Below, in pieces: positions 17,519 through 32,059 of a stretch of DNA of 64,000 nt (the first letter of the stretch is position 1; each line of letters begins with the position of its first letter). Source of the stretch: Octopus vulgaris (taxonomy: Eukaryota); the NCBI GenBank assembly GCA_951406725.2, contig OX597821.1:112530001-112594000 (forward strand). The letters run 5' to 3'. The notes beneath the pieces are model-generated. The model had not been told where the DNA came from. It did no database searches and was given only the letters and a program-made list of their open reading frames with translations. The position numbers and the translations under genes were made by a program.

Positions 17519-17866
17519 ATGCTAGGGACATCACTAAAAGAAGCCTATTCAGAAGGAAATAATTTGAGATCGGAACGGAGTGAACCATGAGATCACAGAA
17601 TACCAGAAAAAAACAAGTTCTGCTGGACCGAACATATTACAAGGTTCACAGACAACAGGTGGACCCTTGCATTGGCCTAAGTTGTATCCAACAGATCGGA
17701 AAAGCCCATTCAGAAGGCCTGCGCAACGATGGGGGGGGGATGATTTTAATAAGCAATTTGGGCCAAGAAAGAAAAGGATGGCGCAATCAAGAGAGAATTG
17801 GGAGCTCATTGTGAGCAGCGGTGTATAACAGCATTTAATGGTCCGATTGATACTGCGATAATATGA
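17519..17866 (+). pseudogene. RTE-clade LINE 3' end remnant
   Basis: Frameshifted translation [45 protein letters not shown] resembles the RTE C-terminal WAGHxxRxxDxRW..KRxxGRPxxRWxD..AQxRxxW motif. Confidence 0.8.
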
Positions 17867-17933
17867 TATATATATAGTTGTGTGTGTGTGTGTGTGTGTG
17901 TGCGTGCGTGTGTGTGTGTGTACATATATACTC

Positions 17934-18014
<81 letters not shown>

Positions 18015-18081
18015 GGAAGCAAACTTCTTGCCACACAGTCACACCTGCACCTGTTGAATAAACAAATAAATGAATACACCT

Positions 18082-18450
18082 TTACTTATTTCAGTCATTT
18101 GACTGCGGCCATGCTGGAGCACAGCCCTTAGTCGAACAAATTTACCCAAAGACTTATTCTTTCTGTAAGCCTAGTACTTAGTTTATCGGTGTGTTTTGCC
18201 GAACCGCTAGGTTACGGGGACGTAAACACACCAACACTGGTTGTCAAGCGATGGTGGGAAGACAAGCACAGACACACAAACATAAACAAACATATATACG
18301 ACGAGCTTCTTTCAGTTTCCGTCTACCAAATTCACTCACAAGGCTTTGGTCGGCCCGAGGCTGTAGATAAAAGACACTTGCCCAGGGACTGAACCCAGAA
18401 CCACGTGGTTGGGAAGCAAGCTTCTTACCACACAGCCACGCCCGCGCCTA
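18082..18450 (-). mobile_element. SINE family A, near full length
   Basis: Reverse match to 16030-16535. Confidence 0.9.
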
Positions 18451-19462
18451 TATACCTATATATCTATATATATGAGTGTGTGTGTGTGTGTGTATGTTTA
18501 TGTGTTGTGTGTGTGTGTATAGTGTGTATAAAAAAGGTAATATTATTACCGTTATTTACAGTAATAATAAGGTGGCTAGCCAGTCCACACCTTTACAGTC
18601 ACAAAATAAAGTAATTTAAGATTAGGTAGGGTTTATAATACCACTTGCTAATATCAGAGCCGTTGCTCTGAAAACCACCATAAAAATTACGATAAAGACA
18701 CACGCGAGCAATGCAACGAACACTTCAGAAATAGGCTCACCCTTGCTTGGAATACGTAGATAAGTTATACATATTTCATTACCATTTGACTTCACGCTTT
18801 GCATGACAAATATGCTTTGCGATCTTCAGTTGAAAACAGTATTTGACATCTATTTCTAAATTATACACACCCAATTTCTTTTTTGTTTCTTCAATTTCCT
18901 TCCATAGTTTATGTTCTTTAACTTATGGACACATATATGAAAGCACATCTATGCAACAAGCAGAATAGCGTTTAGTTAAGCAAGCCTCGAACCATTCACC
19001 TATCACATACGAAGCAACATTTATCTATAACGCCACAAAGCTGATTTCGATTCAAATCACTTCAGTAGACGTATTTGTGTTTCTGATTCGTGCTTTTAAC
19101 GTCTGAAACTATTCAGGAACATTTTTATTAATTTTGTTTGGTAAATAAATATATCTTTTCTCTTATTTTCCCCACAGAGTCCATCTTTATCGCAATACGA
19201 CTCACCATGATACGATAATATATGCCACAAAATCTGTGTTAAATATTCATAGATTACGAATAGATTTATAAATGTGAATGATGGAATATGCTGTCGTTGC
19301 TGATTAAGACCGAACACTAAATATTCCACCGAAATTCTGTAAATGCTTTAGCTTGTTATTTCAAAGCTGATGACCAGCAGAAAAAACATTCCTTCATCAT
19401 ATTACCAAATCCTACGCACCGCTCCCCACCTCGCTTGTATATCACCATCTAGTTTGGTCTGT

Positions 19463-19512
19463 ATTCTTCTTCTTCTTCTTCTTCTTCTTCTTCTTCTTCT
19501 TCTTCTTCTTCT

Positions 19513-19556
<44 letters not shown>

Positions 19557-20205
19557 CTCTTTCTGTCTCACATACACTCCCTCCCTCATTCTCTCTCATT
19601 CTCTCTCTCTCTGTCTCTCTTTCTCTCACACATACTCTCATTATTTCTCTTTCAATCTCTCTCCTTCTCTGTCTGTCTGTCTGTCTGTCTGAGTCCCTCT
19701 TTCTCTCACACATACTCTCTTCCTTTCTCTCTCTCCCTCCCTCTCTCTTTCTCTCTCTCCTTTCTCTCTCCTCTCTCTTTCACTCTCTCTCCTCCTCTCT
19801 CTCTTTCTCTCTCTCCTTCCTCTCTCTCTTTCAATCTCTCTCCTTCCATGTCTGTCTGTCTGTCTCAGTCCCCCTTTCTCTCACACATCCCTCCCTCTCT
19901 CTTTCTCTCTCTCCTCTCTCTTTCTCCTCCTTCTCTCTCTTCCTCTCTCTCCTCTCTCTCCCTCTTTCTTCTCTCTCTCTTTTTCTCACACATATTCTCT
20001 TTCTTTCTCTCTCTGTCGCTCACTCTCTCCTCTGTCTCTCCCTGTCTCTTTCAGTCTCTCTTTCTCTCACATGCATTCTCTCTTTCTCTCTCTCTCTCTC
20101 TCCCTCACTGTCTCTCCTCTTTCTCCTCTATCTTTTCACCTATTTCTCCCCCTCTCTCTCCTCTCTCTCCTCCGCCTCCTCCTCCTCCTCCTCCTCCCCC
20201 CTCTA
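19463..20205. repeat. (TTC)n followed by degenerate (CT)n tract
   Basis: Read directly. Confidence 0.95.
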
Positions 20206-20259
20206 ACCTTGGCTAAGTAACAGTGTAGAATGATCCGAATGTTGTATGGAATGAGAATC

Positions 20260-20732
20260 TTTTATCTTTCACTTGTTTCAGCCATTAGGCTGCGACCATG
20301 CTGGAGCACTGCCTTGAAATTGTTTTTTTAAAGCCTGGTATTTATCCTACACTCTCTTTTGCCGAACCGCTAAGTTACGGGGAAGTAATCACACTAACAC
20401 CGGCTGACAAACGCACACACGCACATGCACACATATATATGACAGGCTTCTTTCAGTTTCCGTGTAACAAATTCACTCACATGGCTTTACTGGGTCCGAA
20501 GCAAGAGCAAAAGACACTTGCCCAAGGTGCTGCACATTGAGACTGAACCCGAAACCATGAGGTTAGGAAGCAAACTTCTTACCACACAGCCACGCCTGCA
20601 CCTGTTGAATAAACAAATAAATGAATACACCTGTACTGGTTTCAGTCATTGGACTGCGACCATGCTGGAGCAACCACCTTGTGTGTGTATGTGTGTATGT
20701 ACATATATATGTGCGCGTGTGTGTGCGCGTAC

Positions 20733-20773
<41 letters not shown>

Positions 20774-21200
20774 GTATGTGTATGTGCATATGTATATATA
20801 TACCTGTGTGTGCGCATCTATGCGTTTGTGCGCGCCCGCATCTGTGTGTCTTTTTATACAAATGTGTGTGCGTATGTGTGTGTGTGTGTGTGCGTGTGTG
20901 TGTGTGCGCGTTTTAAGTTTGGTACTTGTTCTTTTCTCTTCTTGCCGAACAGTGAAGACACGAGGACATGAACAAACCAACGTCGTTTGTGAAGTGGCGG
21001 ACATGCTCAAACACAAATGTGTACACACATACGCACACACACACACACACATACACACACACGCACACACACAAACGCTCGGGCTGCGCGCTTGCATACA
21101 CAGCAGGCGTCTTTCGGTTTCTGTCTACCAAATCCAGTTACAAGGCTTCGGTCGGTCCGGAACTATTTTAGAAGCCCAAGAGAGCCACGCCTTTGGAGTG
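20260..21200 (-). mobile_element. Two tandem SINE family A copies (second one degenerate with expanded microsatellite)
   Basis: 20260-20600 is complete; 20630-21200 is fragmented by (TG)n/(CA)n. Confidence 0.8.
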
Positions 21201-21399
21201 AGACCGAACACACGTAGTTTTGCCAGTTTTTCCATTTTCGAAAGAAATTGTCTGTGACTGGATCTGGAGAAAGATGGACGCCACGAGGTCTAAAACGCCC
21301 CAAACATGCCTTCACTGTTCAATGTTGTCCCCAACAACTCCATCGAGTAATTGAAGTCCCATGGTACGACATGGCATTTCATATCATCTAAATCGATCC

Positions 21400-21862
21400 A
21401 GTTTTGGTTTCAAATTTTGGTACATGGCCTGCAATTTTAAGGGAGTGGGGCAGTCGGTTACATCAACCTCGGTCTTCAACTGGTACTAATTTTAGCGACC
21501 TCGAAAGGTTGGGCTGCTAAGGCGACCTTAGCGGAATTTCAACTCAGCACTTGAAGACGGTAAAAATATAATGTCCATCTGTGCCTTCTTCACGGTGAAA
21601 CGGCTGGACGAATGGTCACGATGTTACCTATTTCTTTACTACCCACAAGGGGCTAAACACAGAGAGTACAAACTAGGACAGAAAAAACTGATTAAGTCGA
21701 TTATATCGACTCCCAGTGCGTAACTGGTACTTAATTTATCGACTCCGAAAGGATGAAAGGCAAAGTCGACCTCGGCGAAATTTGAACTCAGAACGTAACG
21801 GCAGACGAAATACAGCTACGCATTTCGCCCGGCGTGCTAACGTTTCTGCCAGCTCGCCGCCT
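21400..21862 (-). mobile_element. SINE family B: degenerate fragment (21400-21560) and full copy (21626-21862)
   Basis: Match to 2104-2362. Confidence 0.9.
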
Positions 21863-22399
21863 CAGACCGATCCACTTATAAGAACGTATATAACAACAAC
21901 TCTCGCTAAATCTAAATTATCTCTTTGAAATTCCTCAAACCATTTCGACCGTTCCATTTTGTTCTGGTCTGTTTTATATTGTATTATTCCGTTTTGTGTT
22001 GTTACACTAGCAGCTTTGTACATTATAGACTGTATTTTTGATTAAGTTATTCGTTTTTATTAATTGCATGATAAAAATATCGATGTTAATCTCATCAAAT
22101 ATAGTCGCCATTGTTGTGATGTCTTATCTCTTTTTACTTCGTCCATTTCTTACAGACTTAACCAGAAATTGCAACCCACTTTGGTTAGTCTCTTGTACAT
22201 CTTCTTTACTCTTTCAACTGATCTTACAAAAGATATGAAAAGAAAAATTGTACTTTTATTGTAAAATATTTTCTTTTTACTATTTTCTGATTGATTCTTA
22301 CAATGATAATCTTTATTATTTTTTTTTTTTCATATTTCTTCTTTTTTTTTTCTGTTGTAAATATGTTTTTCGGTATTTATCCTCTTTCCCAAATTAAAA

Positions 22400-22798
22400 A
22401 GAAATATATATATATATTTGTATGTATGTATGTATGTATGTATGTATGTATGTATGTATGTATGTATGTACGTACGCATGTACGTATGCATATATGTATG
22501 TAGTGTGTATGTATTATGCGCGTACGTATGTGTGTATGCATGCATATATGTATGTAGTATGTATGTATGTATGTATGTATATATGTATGTATGGATGGAT
22601 GCATGCATGTATGTACGTACGTATGTATGTGTGTATATATATATGTATATATGTATATATACGTTTGTATGTATATATATATATATATATATATATGTAT
22701 GCATAAATATATATATATATATATCTACCTCCCTACCTACCTACCTACCTACCTACCTACCTACCTACCTACATACATACGTATACATAAATACATAC

Positions 22799-22876
<78 letters not shown>

Positions 22877-24901
22877 CTGTGTTTTTGTTGTAGGTCTTTA
22901 AAACATCCAATTTTGTGATGTTGAACATACATACGTACGTGCATATGTACTTTAAACAAGCACACACTCCAACACACCTTGTCGCACTCACATCGATAGG
23001 GTGAGACACCTTCACACGCTGGACTTGTGTATGTATGTTTATGTTTATGTGTATGTGTGTGTGTGTGTAATTATGTTGTTGTTGTGTGTATTCTACTTCA
23101 GTATCTCAGTAAATATTGGTTATAGTCGCAGAACTCCGAGTCTTTAAGCGACCGTTATTATGCTTGTTAGGCTTCTACTCACCTACTAATTACATACCTT
23201 CACGTAGAGACACACGCTTATGTATTACTTGTGTTCATATATATGTGTGTTTGCATGTGCGTGTGTGCGTGTGTGCGTGTGTGTGTGTGTATGTATGCAT
23301 GCATGCATGTATGTATGTATGTATGTATGTATGTATGTATGTATGTATTTCTTTACTACCCACAAGGGGCTAAACAGAGAGAGGACAAACAAGGAAGTCG
23401 ACCTCGGCGGAATTTGAACCCAGAACGTACCGGCAGACGAAATACGGCTACGCATTTCGCCCGGCGTGCTAACGTTTCAGCCAGCTCGCCGCCTTTATGT
23501 ATGTATATATGTATGCATGTATGTATGTATGTATGTATGTATGTATGTATGTATGTATGTATGTATGTATGTATGTATGTATGTATGTACGTATGTACGT
23601 ACGTACGCACGTATGTATGCATGCATATATGTATATACATAGATACATATGTATATACATAGATATATATGTATATACACACATACACATGTGTGTGCGT
23701 ATTTGAATTTAAATATATGAAGCCATACTGTGACTAAAGACTAAGAATAACAATGTGAACGCATTCATTCTTTGCTGTTGATAGACTGTAAAAATATAGG
23801 AAGTCTCCTGACAGACCGTTTCATGGCTTGTTGACCGCTCTTCAGAAAAGACGTTTCGGATTTCCTTCCCTAATCAATAACACAGAGAAGCTGTATACGA
23901 ATCAGTCAAACATTCAGCTAGCACCAAAGTAGACGAGTTGACTTACTTACATCCATTTCACTATAACGTTTGTAGTTCGATCCCCACCGAGGTCAGCTTT
24001 TCGTTGCATCTTTTCGAGATGGATAAAATAAGTTCCAGTCGTGCACTGGGGTGTCGATGTAATCGACTATTCCGTTCCTGACCATTTTTCGGGCCTTGTA
24101 GACAACATTACTCTACCATCGGGAATTGAGTACTAGTTTTGCATTTATATGATCTCTCATGTGTACAAGTAAATGTATGTATGTATGTAGATATGCGCGC
24201 ATACGCACACACACACTCACACACACGTACACGCTTAAACACACACACGCACACACACACACAGACACTCACACACGCAGACACTCACAAATGTACACAC
24301 ACACACACACGCACATATGCACACACGCACAATCACACACACGCACACACACGTAAAACACACGCACATATACACACACATGTACACACTCACATGCGCA
24401 CACTCACATACGCACACACGCATATACTCACACATGCACGCACACACGCGCACACACAGTCACACACGCACACACAGACTTACTCACAGACATACATACA
24501 CACACACTCACACACGCACATATACGCACACACACTAACACTCACTCACACACGCACACACAGACTTACTCACATATACGGACGGATACACACACACGCA
24601 CTCACATATACACTCACACACGCACACACACAAATAGTCACATCGAAACAAACACTCACTGACAAAGGACTAAATAATTATGTCATAAACTTGTTTAGCT
24701 TACAAGAGTTTTTGCTCGTGAGAATCATGTATATATGTATATATATATATATATATGTGCATATATATATATATATGACTATGTGTATGGGTCTGTCTAT
24801 CTATCTATTTATATATCTATCTATAAATATATATCTATATGTGTATGTTTGTATATATATGTATGTATGTATGTGTGTATGTATGTATGTATGTATGTAT
24901 G

Positions 24902-24932
<31 letters not shown>

Positions 24933-25763
24933 GTATGTTGGTATGTATGTATGTATGTATGTATGTATATATGTATGTATGTATGTATGTATGAATGTAT
25001 GTATGAATGTATGTATGTATAAATATGTTTGTATTTATGTATGTATCAAGCATGAGATGCAATTACCGAAAATGTAAGAACAGTGAAACATTCCAATGTT
25101 TTCTGGGAATACAGTACCAAATACCATTTTCTGTAGAAGACAAGGCAAGTGACCCTCACGTCGGCCTGCTATCAGCGATGTCTGCGGTCAGAACGGCATG
25201 AACTCACGACAACTGATGTTCATTCGATAAAAACTCTCTTTTGCTTCCTATGCAAAACAACACACATACACACACACACCTACATACATACATATATACA
25301 TACATATATACATACGTACCTACATACATACAAACATACGTATATACATACACGCACACATACATACAAACATACATACTTACATAATACATACACGCAC
25401 ACATACATACAAACATACATACTTACATACATACATAAAACACGCACACATACACACATACATAAATACCTACCTACCCACCTACATACATACATACATA
25501 CATACGTACATACATGCATACAAATATACATACATACATACATACATACATAGACACACACATACATACATACATACATACATACATACATACATACACG
25601 CACACATGCATACAAATATACATACATAAGCATACATTCATACGTATATGCATACTTACATACATACACGCACACACACATAATACTCACATACATACAT
25701 ACATACATACATACATACATACATACATACATACATACATACATACATACATACATACATACA

Positions 25764-25795
<32 letters not shown>
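22400..25795. repeat. Compound (TATG)n/(TA)n/(CA)n/(CTAC)n microsatellite field with interspersed SINE fragments
   Basis: Read directly. Includes an internally deleted family B copy at 23347-23494 (-) and a degenerate one at 23960-24105 (+). Confidence 0.9.
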
Positions 25796-25797
<2 letters not shown>

Positions 25798-25935
25798 ATG
25801 GCATGACTATATGGTAAGAAATTTGCTTCCCGACCACATGGTTCCAGGTTCAGTCGCACTGCATTGCAACTCTATCGTGCCAACGAAAGTCTTGTGCGTC
25901 TATTTGGTAGACGGAAACTAAAAGAATCCCTTCGT
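25798..25935 (+). mobile_element. SINE family A, 5' half
   Basis: TGGTAAGAAATTTGCTTCCCGACCACATGGTTCCAGGTTCAGTC...TTTGGTAGACGGAAACT. Confidence 0.8.
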
Positions 25936-25938
25936 TTA

Positions 25939-25979
<41 letters not shown>

Positions 25980-26206
25980 TCCTGTGTGCGCGCCTTTGGG
26001 CTGAAACGCATGAAAGAATAAAGGAATTTAGATCGAATAAAGGTTTGTCGTGTCTTGAGTCTTATCTCTGGAAGCTATAAAATACTAATACATCAACGTT
26101 AGATTGAAAAATCCATCTGGATAGATAAGTCGAAGGCCGACAGTGGGCCGCTTCAAATTTTCATATCCAGAAGGTTTCTTTTCAACTCAATATTTGCGTG
26201 CTGTAT

Positions 26207-27090
26207 AAGGTGGCGAGCTGACCCCACGCTTCCCCTAAATTTTGGTCCTTGTGTCTTAAAGTAGAAAAGAGTATTTGCGTGTTGTATAAGGCGGCGAGCA
26301 GGCAGAAACGTTAGCACGCCGGGCGAAATACTTTATGGTATTTCGTCCGCCGCTGCGTTCTGAGTTCAAATTCCGCCGAGGTCGACTTTGCCTTTCATCC
26401 TTTCGGGGTCGATAAATTAAGTACCAGTTGCGCACTGGGGTTCGATGTAGTCGACTTAATCCGTTTCTCTGTCCTTGTTTGCCCCCTCTGTCTTTAGCCC
26501 CTTGTGGGTAGTAAAGAAATAGGTACTTCGTCTGCCGCTGCGTTCTGAGTTCAAATTCCACCGCGGTCGACTTTGCCTTTCATCCTTTCGGAGTCGATAA
26601 ATTAAGTACCAGTTACGCACTGGTGTTCGATGTAGTCAACTTAATCCGTTTCTCTGTCCTTGTTTGTCCCCTCTGTGTTTAGCCCCTTGTGGGTAGTAAA
26701 GAAATAGGTACTTCGTCTGCCGCTACGTTCTGAGTTCAAATTCCGCTGATGTGGACTTTACCTTTCATCCTTACGGGGTCGATTAAATAAGTACCAGTTA
26801 CGCATTGGGGTCGATGTAATCGACTTAATCCCTTTGTATGTCCTTGTTTGTCCCCTCTGTGTGTAGTCCCTTGTGGGCAGTAAAGAAATAAGAAACGTTA
26901 GTACGCCGGGCGAAATGCTTAGCGGTATTACATCTGTCTTTACGTTCTGAGTTCAAATTCCGCCAAGGTCGACTTTGCCTTTCATCCTTCCGGAGTCGAT
27001 AAATTAGATACTAGTTGCGTACTGGGGTCGATCTAATAGACTGACTCTTCCCCAAACTTTTGGGCCTTGTGCCCAGAGTAGAAAAGAATA
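26207..27090 (+). mobile_element. SINE family B tandem array (full copy, 184-bp internal units and a variant-tail copy) preceded by an internally deleted copy
   Basis: Unit starts GGTAYTTCGTC at ~26337, 26522 and 26708. The target-like sequence TATTYGCGTGYTGT occurs three times (~26191, ~26272, ~27089). Confidence 0.9.
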
Positions 27091-27649
27091 TTCGCGTGCT
27101 GTTATCTATAGCATTGTGAATTGTCCCTCAAGAGCCAACGTTTTGAAAAAAGAACATTTCGCGTTTTCTCGAATGTCTTATAAAGTATTCATGACGGCTA
27201 GAAAGTAACCATACATTCGAACGCTGGCTAACGTTAAAATTAATCAGATTCAGGATAATTAGATATTAATAAAGGAATTATTAAGAAGAGTATATAAATA
27301 AATGTCATCACGTAGAATAAGGCGAGCAACGGGGAAAAAATTAAGTGCTATACTCTCGGAGCATTGACGATTTAACGCCATTTTGATGTAACAGACAAGT
27401 TGTTGGTTGAGTCTATAAATATTTAAAGGAACGGTGCTACGGCTAATATATAGGCATCTATGTTTGTGTGTATGTATGTATGAATGTATGTATGTATGGT
27501 ACGCCCGCGTACATACACACTCATACACTCACACACACATAGATACACATATATAAACATACATGCATGAATACCTATATGGTCTTATACTTGACCAACA
27601 TATAATATATAAAGCTTACATACACACATAAATGAAAATGCATGTATAC

Positions 27650-27650
27650 G

Positions 27651-27719
<69 letters not shown>

Positions 27720-27749
27720 CTCTCTCTCTCTCTCTCTCACTCTCTCTCA

Positions 27750-27820
<71 letters not shown>

Positions 27821-27965
27821 TAAATATATATATATATGTATTTATATAAATATATGTATATATATATACACACACATATATATATATACATATATATATG
27901 TGTATATATATATATATATATACATATATATACATATATACATATATATATATACATATATATAC

Positions 27966-28032
<67 letters not shown>

Positions 28033-28688
28033 TACATATATATATCGGCTTATCTGTCCCTCTCTAAACACTTCTACACGCGCGGCACACACATATACAA
28101 ACACACAAACACACAAACACACACACATTTGTATATATATATATCATGTAATGTTTGTTTTAAGAAATGACTTTTCTGGGAATTGTGCAGAAAATATAGG
28201 AAATTGATCTAATCATAAAAGTACTTTCTCCGAAATAAATGTATTCATATCTACAGCAAATCTATACTCGTTCATCTATACACGCTGATAATTATACACT
28301 CGCATATACAGCCCCACCCCTCGAACACACACATATACACACACATATACAGAAGCACACACACTCAGAGTTACATACAGACAGCTTTCCTATCAAAGAT
28401 GTATGAGCATGTAAAACACATCTATGTATGTATATATGTATTTATGTATGTGTGTGTATGGTGCATAAATATCATGGCTTCTAAAATCACGCTCTTTCTT
28501 GTCATTACACACACGTACACACACACACACACACATACACACACACGATATACATTCTCTTCTTGCTTGTCTGTCTAGCAATCTCATTCCCTATCACTTA
28601 AATAATCTTTGTATGTATCAGTAATTATCTAATTATACATACACATGAATATATACATATATGTGTGTGTGTACATACATACATATAT

Positions 28689-28750
<62 letters not shown>

Positions 28751-28782
28751 TAACATACATATATATACAGATCTATATATGC

Positions 28783-28832
<50 letters not shown>

Positions 28833-28960
28833 ATTTGTGTGTGTATAAATTTATGGGCACATGAATTGTCTTTGTCTTTTGTATATATATTATATATTAT
28901 ATATTATTATGTTAGATACATTTTATTATATATTATATATGACATATATTATCCATTACA
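27650..28960. repeat. (TATC)n/(TC)n/(TA)n/(CA)n microsatellite field
   Basis: Read directly. Confidence 0.9.
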
Positions 28961-29514
28961 TATTACATGTGTGTGTGTGTGTTCCAGCCCCAAATCTGTG
29001 CCCGTGCTGGAGCACCGCCAATGTTCTTCACCATTGCAATGGTTAATATTACTTGGTTCGCATCCAATGAATAAGTGATCTTTGCAATGCTCTGCTCATT
29101 TTGATCCCTCAGATTTTGGTCCCTTAGATTTTGGTCCCTCAAATTTTTCGGCGATTATCAAACAGCTATGGCCTCATTTAAACTCAAGCTAGTCCCGTAC
29201 CTCGTCCGTAACTATAGACGGTGTAGATGGGAAGTTTGGCAAACTGTACAGCGAGGTCCTCTTCGGAGTTTGCTAAAATTCTGGTCGCCAAAATTTGATG
29301 TCAGCTAAAATTTGATTTCCTGAATCTTGTATATCACCTCATCTCTTTTCCGTCTTTGCTGTATATGTGTGTTTGTTTGTGTGTATTTGTAGGTGTGTGT
29401 GTGTTTGTGTGAATGTGTTTGTGTGTGCGTTTGTGTGTGTGAGTGTGTGTGTGTGTGTGTGTGTGAGTGAATGTGTTTGTGGGAGTGTCTGCCTCTATAC
29501 ATATACATATGTCA

Positions 29515-29768
29515 GGGGGTGGTAGTAAACCCTGCTGTGTACTTTCACCACAGCTTTCTCTCATTCTTTCTTCCTGTTTCTGTTGTATCTGTATTTCAAA
29601 GGGGCCAGCCTTGTCACACTCAGGTATCACACTGAATCTCCCCGGGAACTGCATTAAGGGTACACGTATCTGTGGAGTACTCAGCCACTTGCACGTTAAT
29701 TTCACGAGCAGGCTGTTCCGTTGATCGGATCAACTGGAACCATCGTCGTCGTAACCGACGGAGTGCAA
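29515..29768 (+). mobile_element. SINE family C, 5'-truncated
   Basis: Shares CAAAGGG..CCAGCCTTGTCACAC..GAGTACTCAGCCACTTGCACGTTAA..CGACGGAGTGC with 40883-41075 and 44592-44915. Confidence 0.88.
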
Positions 29769-29779
29769 CTACTATAAGG

Positions 29780-30542
29780 AGACCACAGTTTAAACACGGG
29801 TTCAAAACATTATCGATGTTATTCCCAGAATATCAAGGAAGGCCATTCAAGTGTCTGAGTGGGATATCAGAACTGTGTTGTACGAGGCCACTCGATACAA
29901 AGTCATATGTACTGAGGAAGGATGAATTTATGTCTGCAAGCACGGGAAAACCGTTTGATCGGTGCCTAGAAGTTATTTAAGAAGGTTAAGATCCACACGA
30001 AAATGTCCTCCTTTGGTTCTCCTTCTTTCTACAAGATCTTAGGATTAATGCTTTTGGAGACAGCTGTTAACCCATAGTTGGATGGAGAACGCAGTGGATG
30101 GCCATAGGCGTCTCAGCATAAATCAGTACCTTTTCACAAATCCAGCGTAACCCAAGAATTGATATCAGAAGAATTTTGAAGGCCACAACATCGTGACTTC
30201 AAAACTCACCAGATTTGAATCCTTTGGACAACCACATTTGAAATGTTGATGGAAGGGAGACTTATCAACATCAACACAATACAGCTGTTTGACTGAAGGC
30301 CTCTGTTGTCCAGTGATGTCCAAAATGAATAAAGGTCACTTAGTGAATACACGTCAATAATTCCGCTTCTGCATTGGAACAGTTATCGAAGCTGAAACTC
30401 CAATCGAGAATAATCTAATAAGAAAGCTTATCGAGAACGGGCGCACAAATTCTTTTTTATTAAAATACACTTGATTTTCACTAGATTACATTCGCTTTAT
30501 TAAATTACCAAATATGACCTCAAATACATCTGGCACCTTGTA
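29780..30542 (+). pseudogene. Decayed Tc1/mariner (maT/DD37D-like) transposase remnant with 3' end
   Basis: Translation QNSPDLNPLDNHI*..HNT..LKAS..MSKMNKGHLV..FRFCIGTVIEAE; ends GCACCTTG-TA. Confidence 0.7.
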
Positions 30543-30895
30543 TAAACATACATATATACATACATACATACAAACATACATACATACATACAAACATACA
30601 TACATACATACATACATACATACATACAAACATACATACATACATACGTACATACATATATACATACATACATACATACATACATACATACATACATACA
30701 TACATACACACATACATTACATACATACATACACACATACATTACATACATACATACATTACATACATACATACATTACATACACATATACACCACTTAC
30801 ATAATACATTACTTACATACATATATGTGTACATGCATGCATGCATATACATATACATATACAAACACACTCTCACACACATATACATAAGTATA

Positions 30896-30932
<37 letters not shown>

Positions 30933-31074
30933 GCATATGTATGCATGTATGTATGGATAATTTATCCTGTTCACGGTATTTTATTAGCTTTATCACGCGT
31001 TTGAGAATAAAAAATGTATTTCTGTATATATATATGTATGTATGTATGTATGTAAATGTATGTATGCATATGTG

Positions 31075-31117
<43 letters not shown>

Positions 31118-31392
31118 TATATACATTATATATACATATATATATATGTATATATATATATATATGTATATGTATATGTATGTATATATGTATATATATA
31201 TATATATGTATATGTATATGTATATGTATATATATATATATATTTATATATATATGTATATGTATATATATATATACATATACATATATACATGTATATA
31301 TATATATATGTATGTGTATACATATATATATGTGTATACATATATATATATATACATACATATATATATACGAGTGTGCGTGTGTGTGTTTG
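30543..31392. repeat. (CATA)n/(TA)n microsatellite field
   Basis: Read directly. Confidence 0.92.
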
Positions 31393-31962
31393 TATTCGAT
31401 TGTCGTCCGTAGATGACGCCTTACTGGATTAGCCATTCTAATATATTTCGCATAACGTTAATTCAATCTCTATGACTTTAGTGAAAAAAACGACATTCAA
31501 GTTTAAAACACTGATCCTCACTGGTAAATAATTCGCTCTTATTTCAGTTTTATAAAAATGGAGTTCTTACTGACAAAACATTTAGAAACGAAATTAAATT
31601 TTGTGGCTGCAAAGTTTCAATTAATAATATAAAACGAAAGAAAAAAAACATTTAATTTCAGTTGGGAATATAAACTTCTCAGCTGGAAGCACAAGTAAGA
31701 AACTGCGGGTAGAACTGAATCGCAGATCTTCTGAGAAACCTCTTTTGTGCAAACGTTTGTGGCTTTACCTTTTTGTATTCTATGAGGGCCGGATCGCATC
31801 CAGATCATGTTTCCAGGTTACCTCCTCTGCTGTCACATTTTTACGTTTTGACTCGTTTCTTCCCGGGTGGCCAAGTACTCCAGTAGAGCGTTCATTGTCA
31901 GATTGTTGACAGAAGCAAAAGTATTTTGGGTGTAAAGGGCCCTGGGTAGAGATAGCATCTTT

Positions 31963-32059
31963 GCGACGGACCGGCGTCCCGTCCAGGTGGGGAACCTATA
32001 CGCCAAAAAAACGGGAAACCGGCCCTTATGAGCCAGGTATGGCTCGAGAAGGAACAAAC
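31963..32059 (+). mobile_element. 5'-truncated SINE with V-domain-like sequence and perfect 11-bp TSD
   Basis: ATAGCATCTTT at 31952-31962 and 32060-32070. The insert begins GCGACGGACCGGCGTCCCGTCCAGG, resembling the V-SINE central domain. Confidence 0.8.

Noticed and set aside
23814-23845. Hammerhead-like CTGAAGA..GAAACGGTC on the minus strand
   Set aside because: Stem II is mismatched and stem I cannot pair; at best a decayed relic.
24139-25077. His/Thr- and Tyr/Val/Cys/Met-repeat ORFs here and throughout (e.g. 43916-44768, 52377-53162)
   Set aside because: Translations of (CA)n, (TA)n and (TATG)n microsatellites.
26337-26890. Regularly spaced repeats suggestive of a CRISPR array (also 57967-58235, 60395-61656)
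   Set aside because: Whole units repeat without unique spacers; eukaryotic context and no cas genes.
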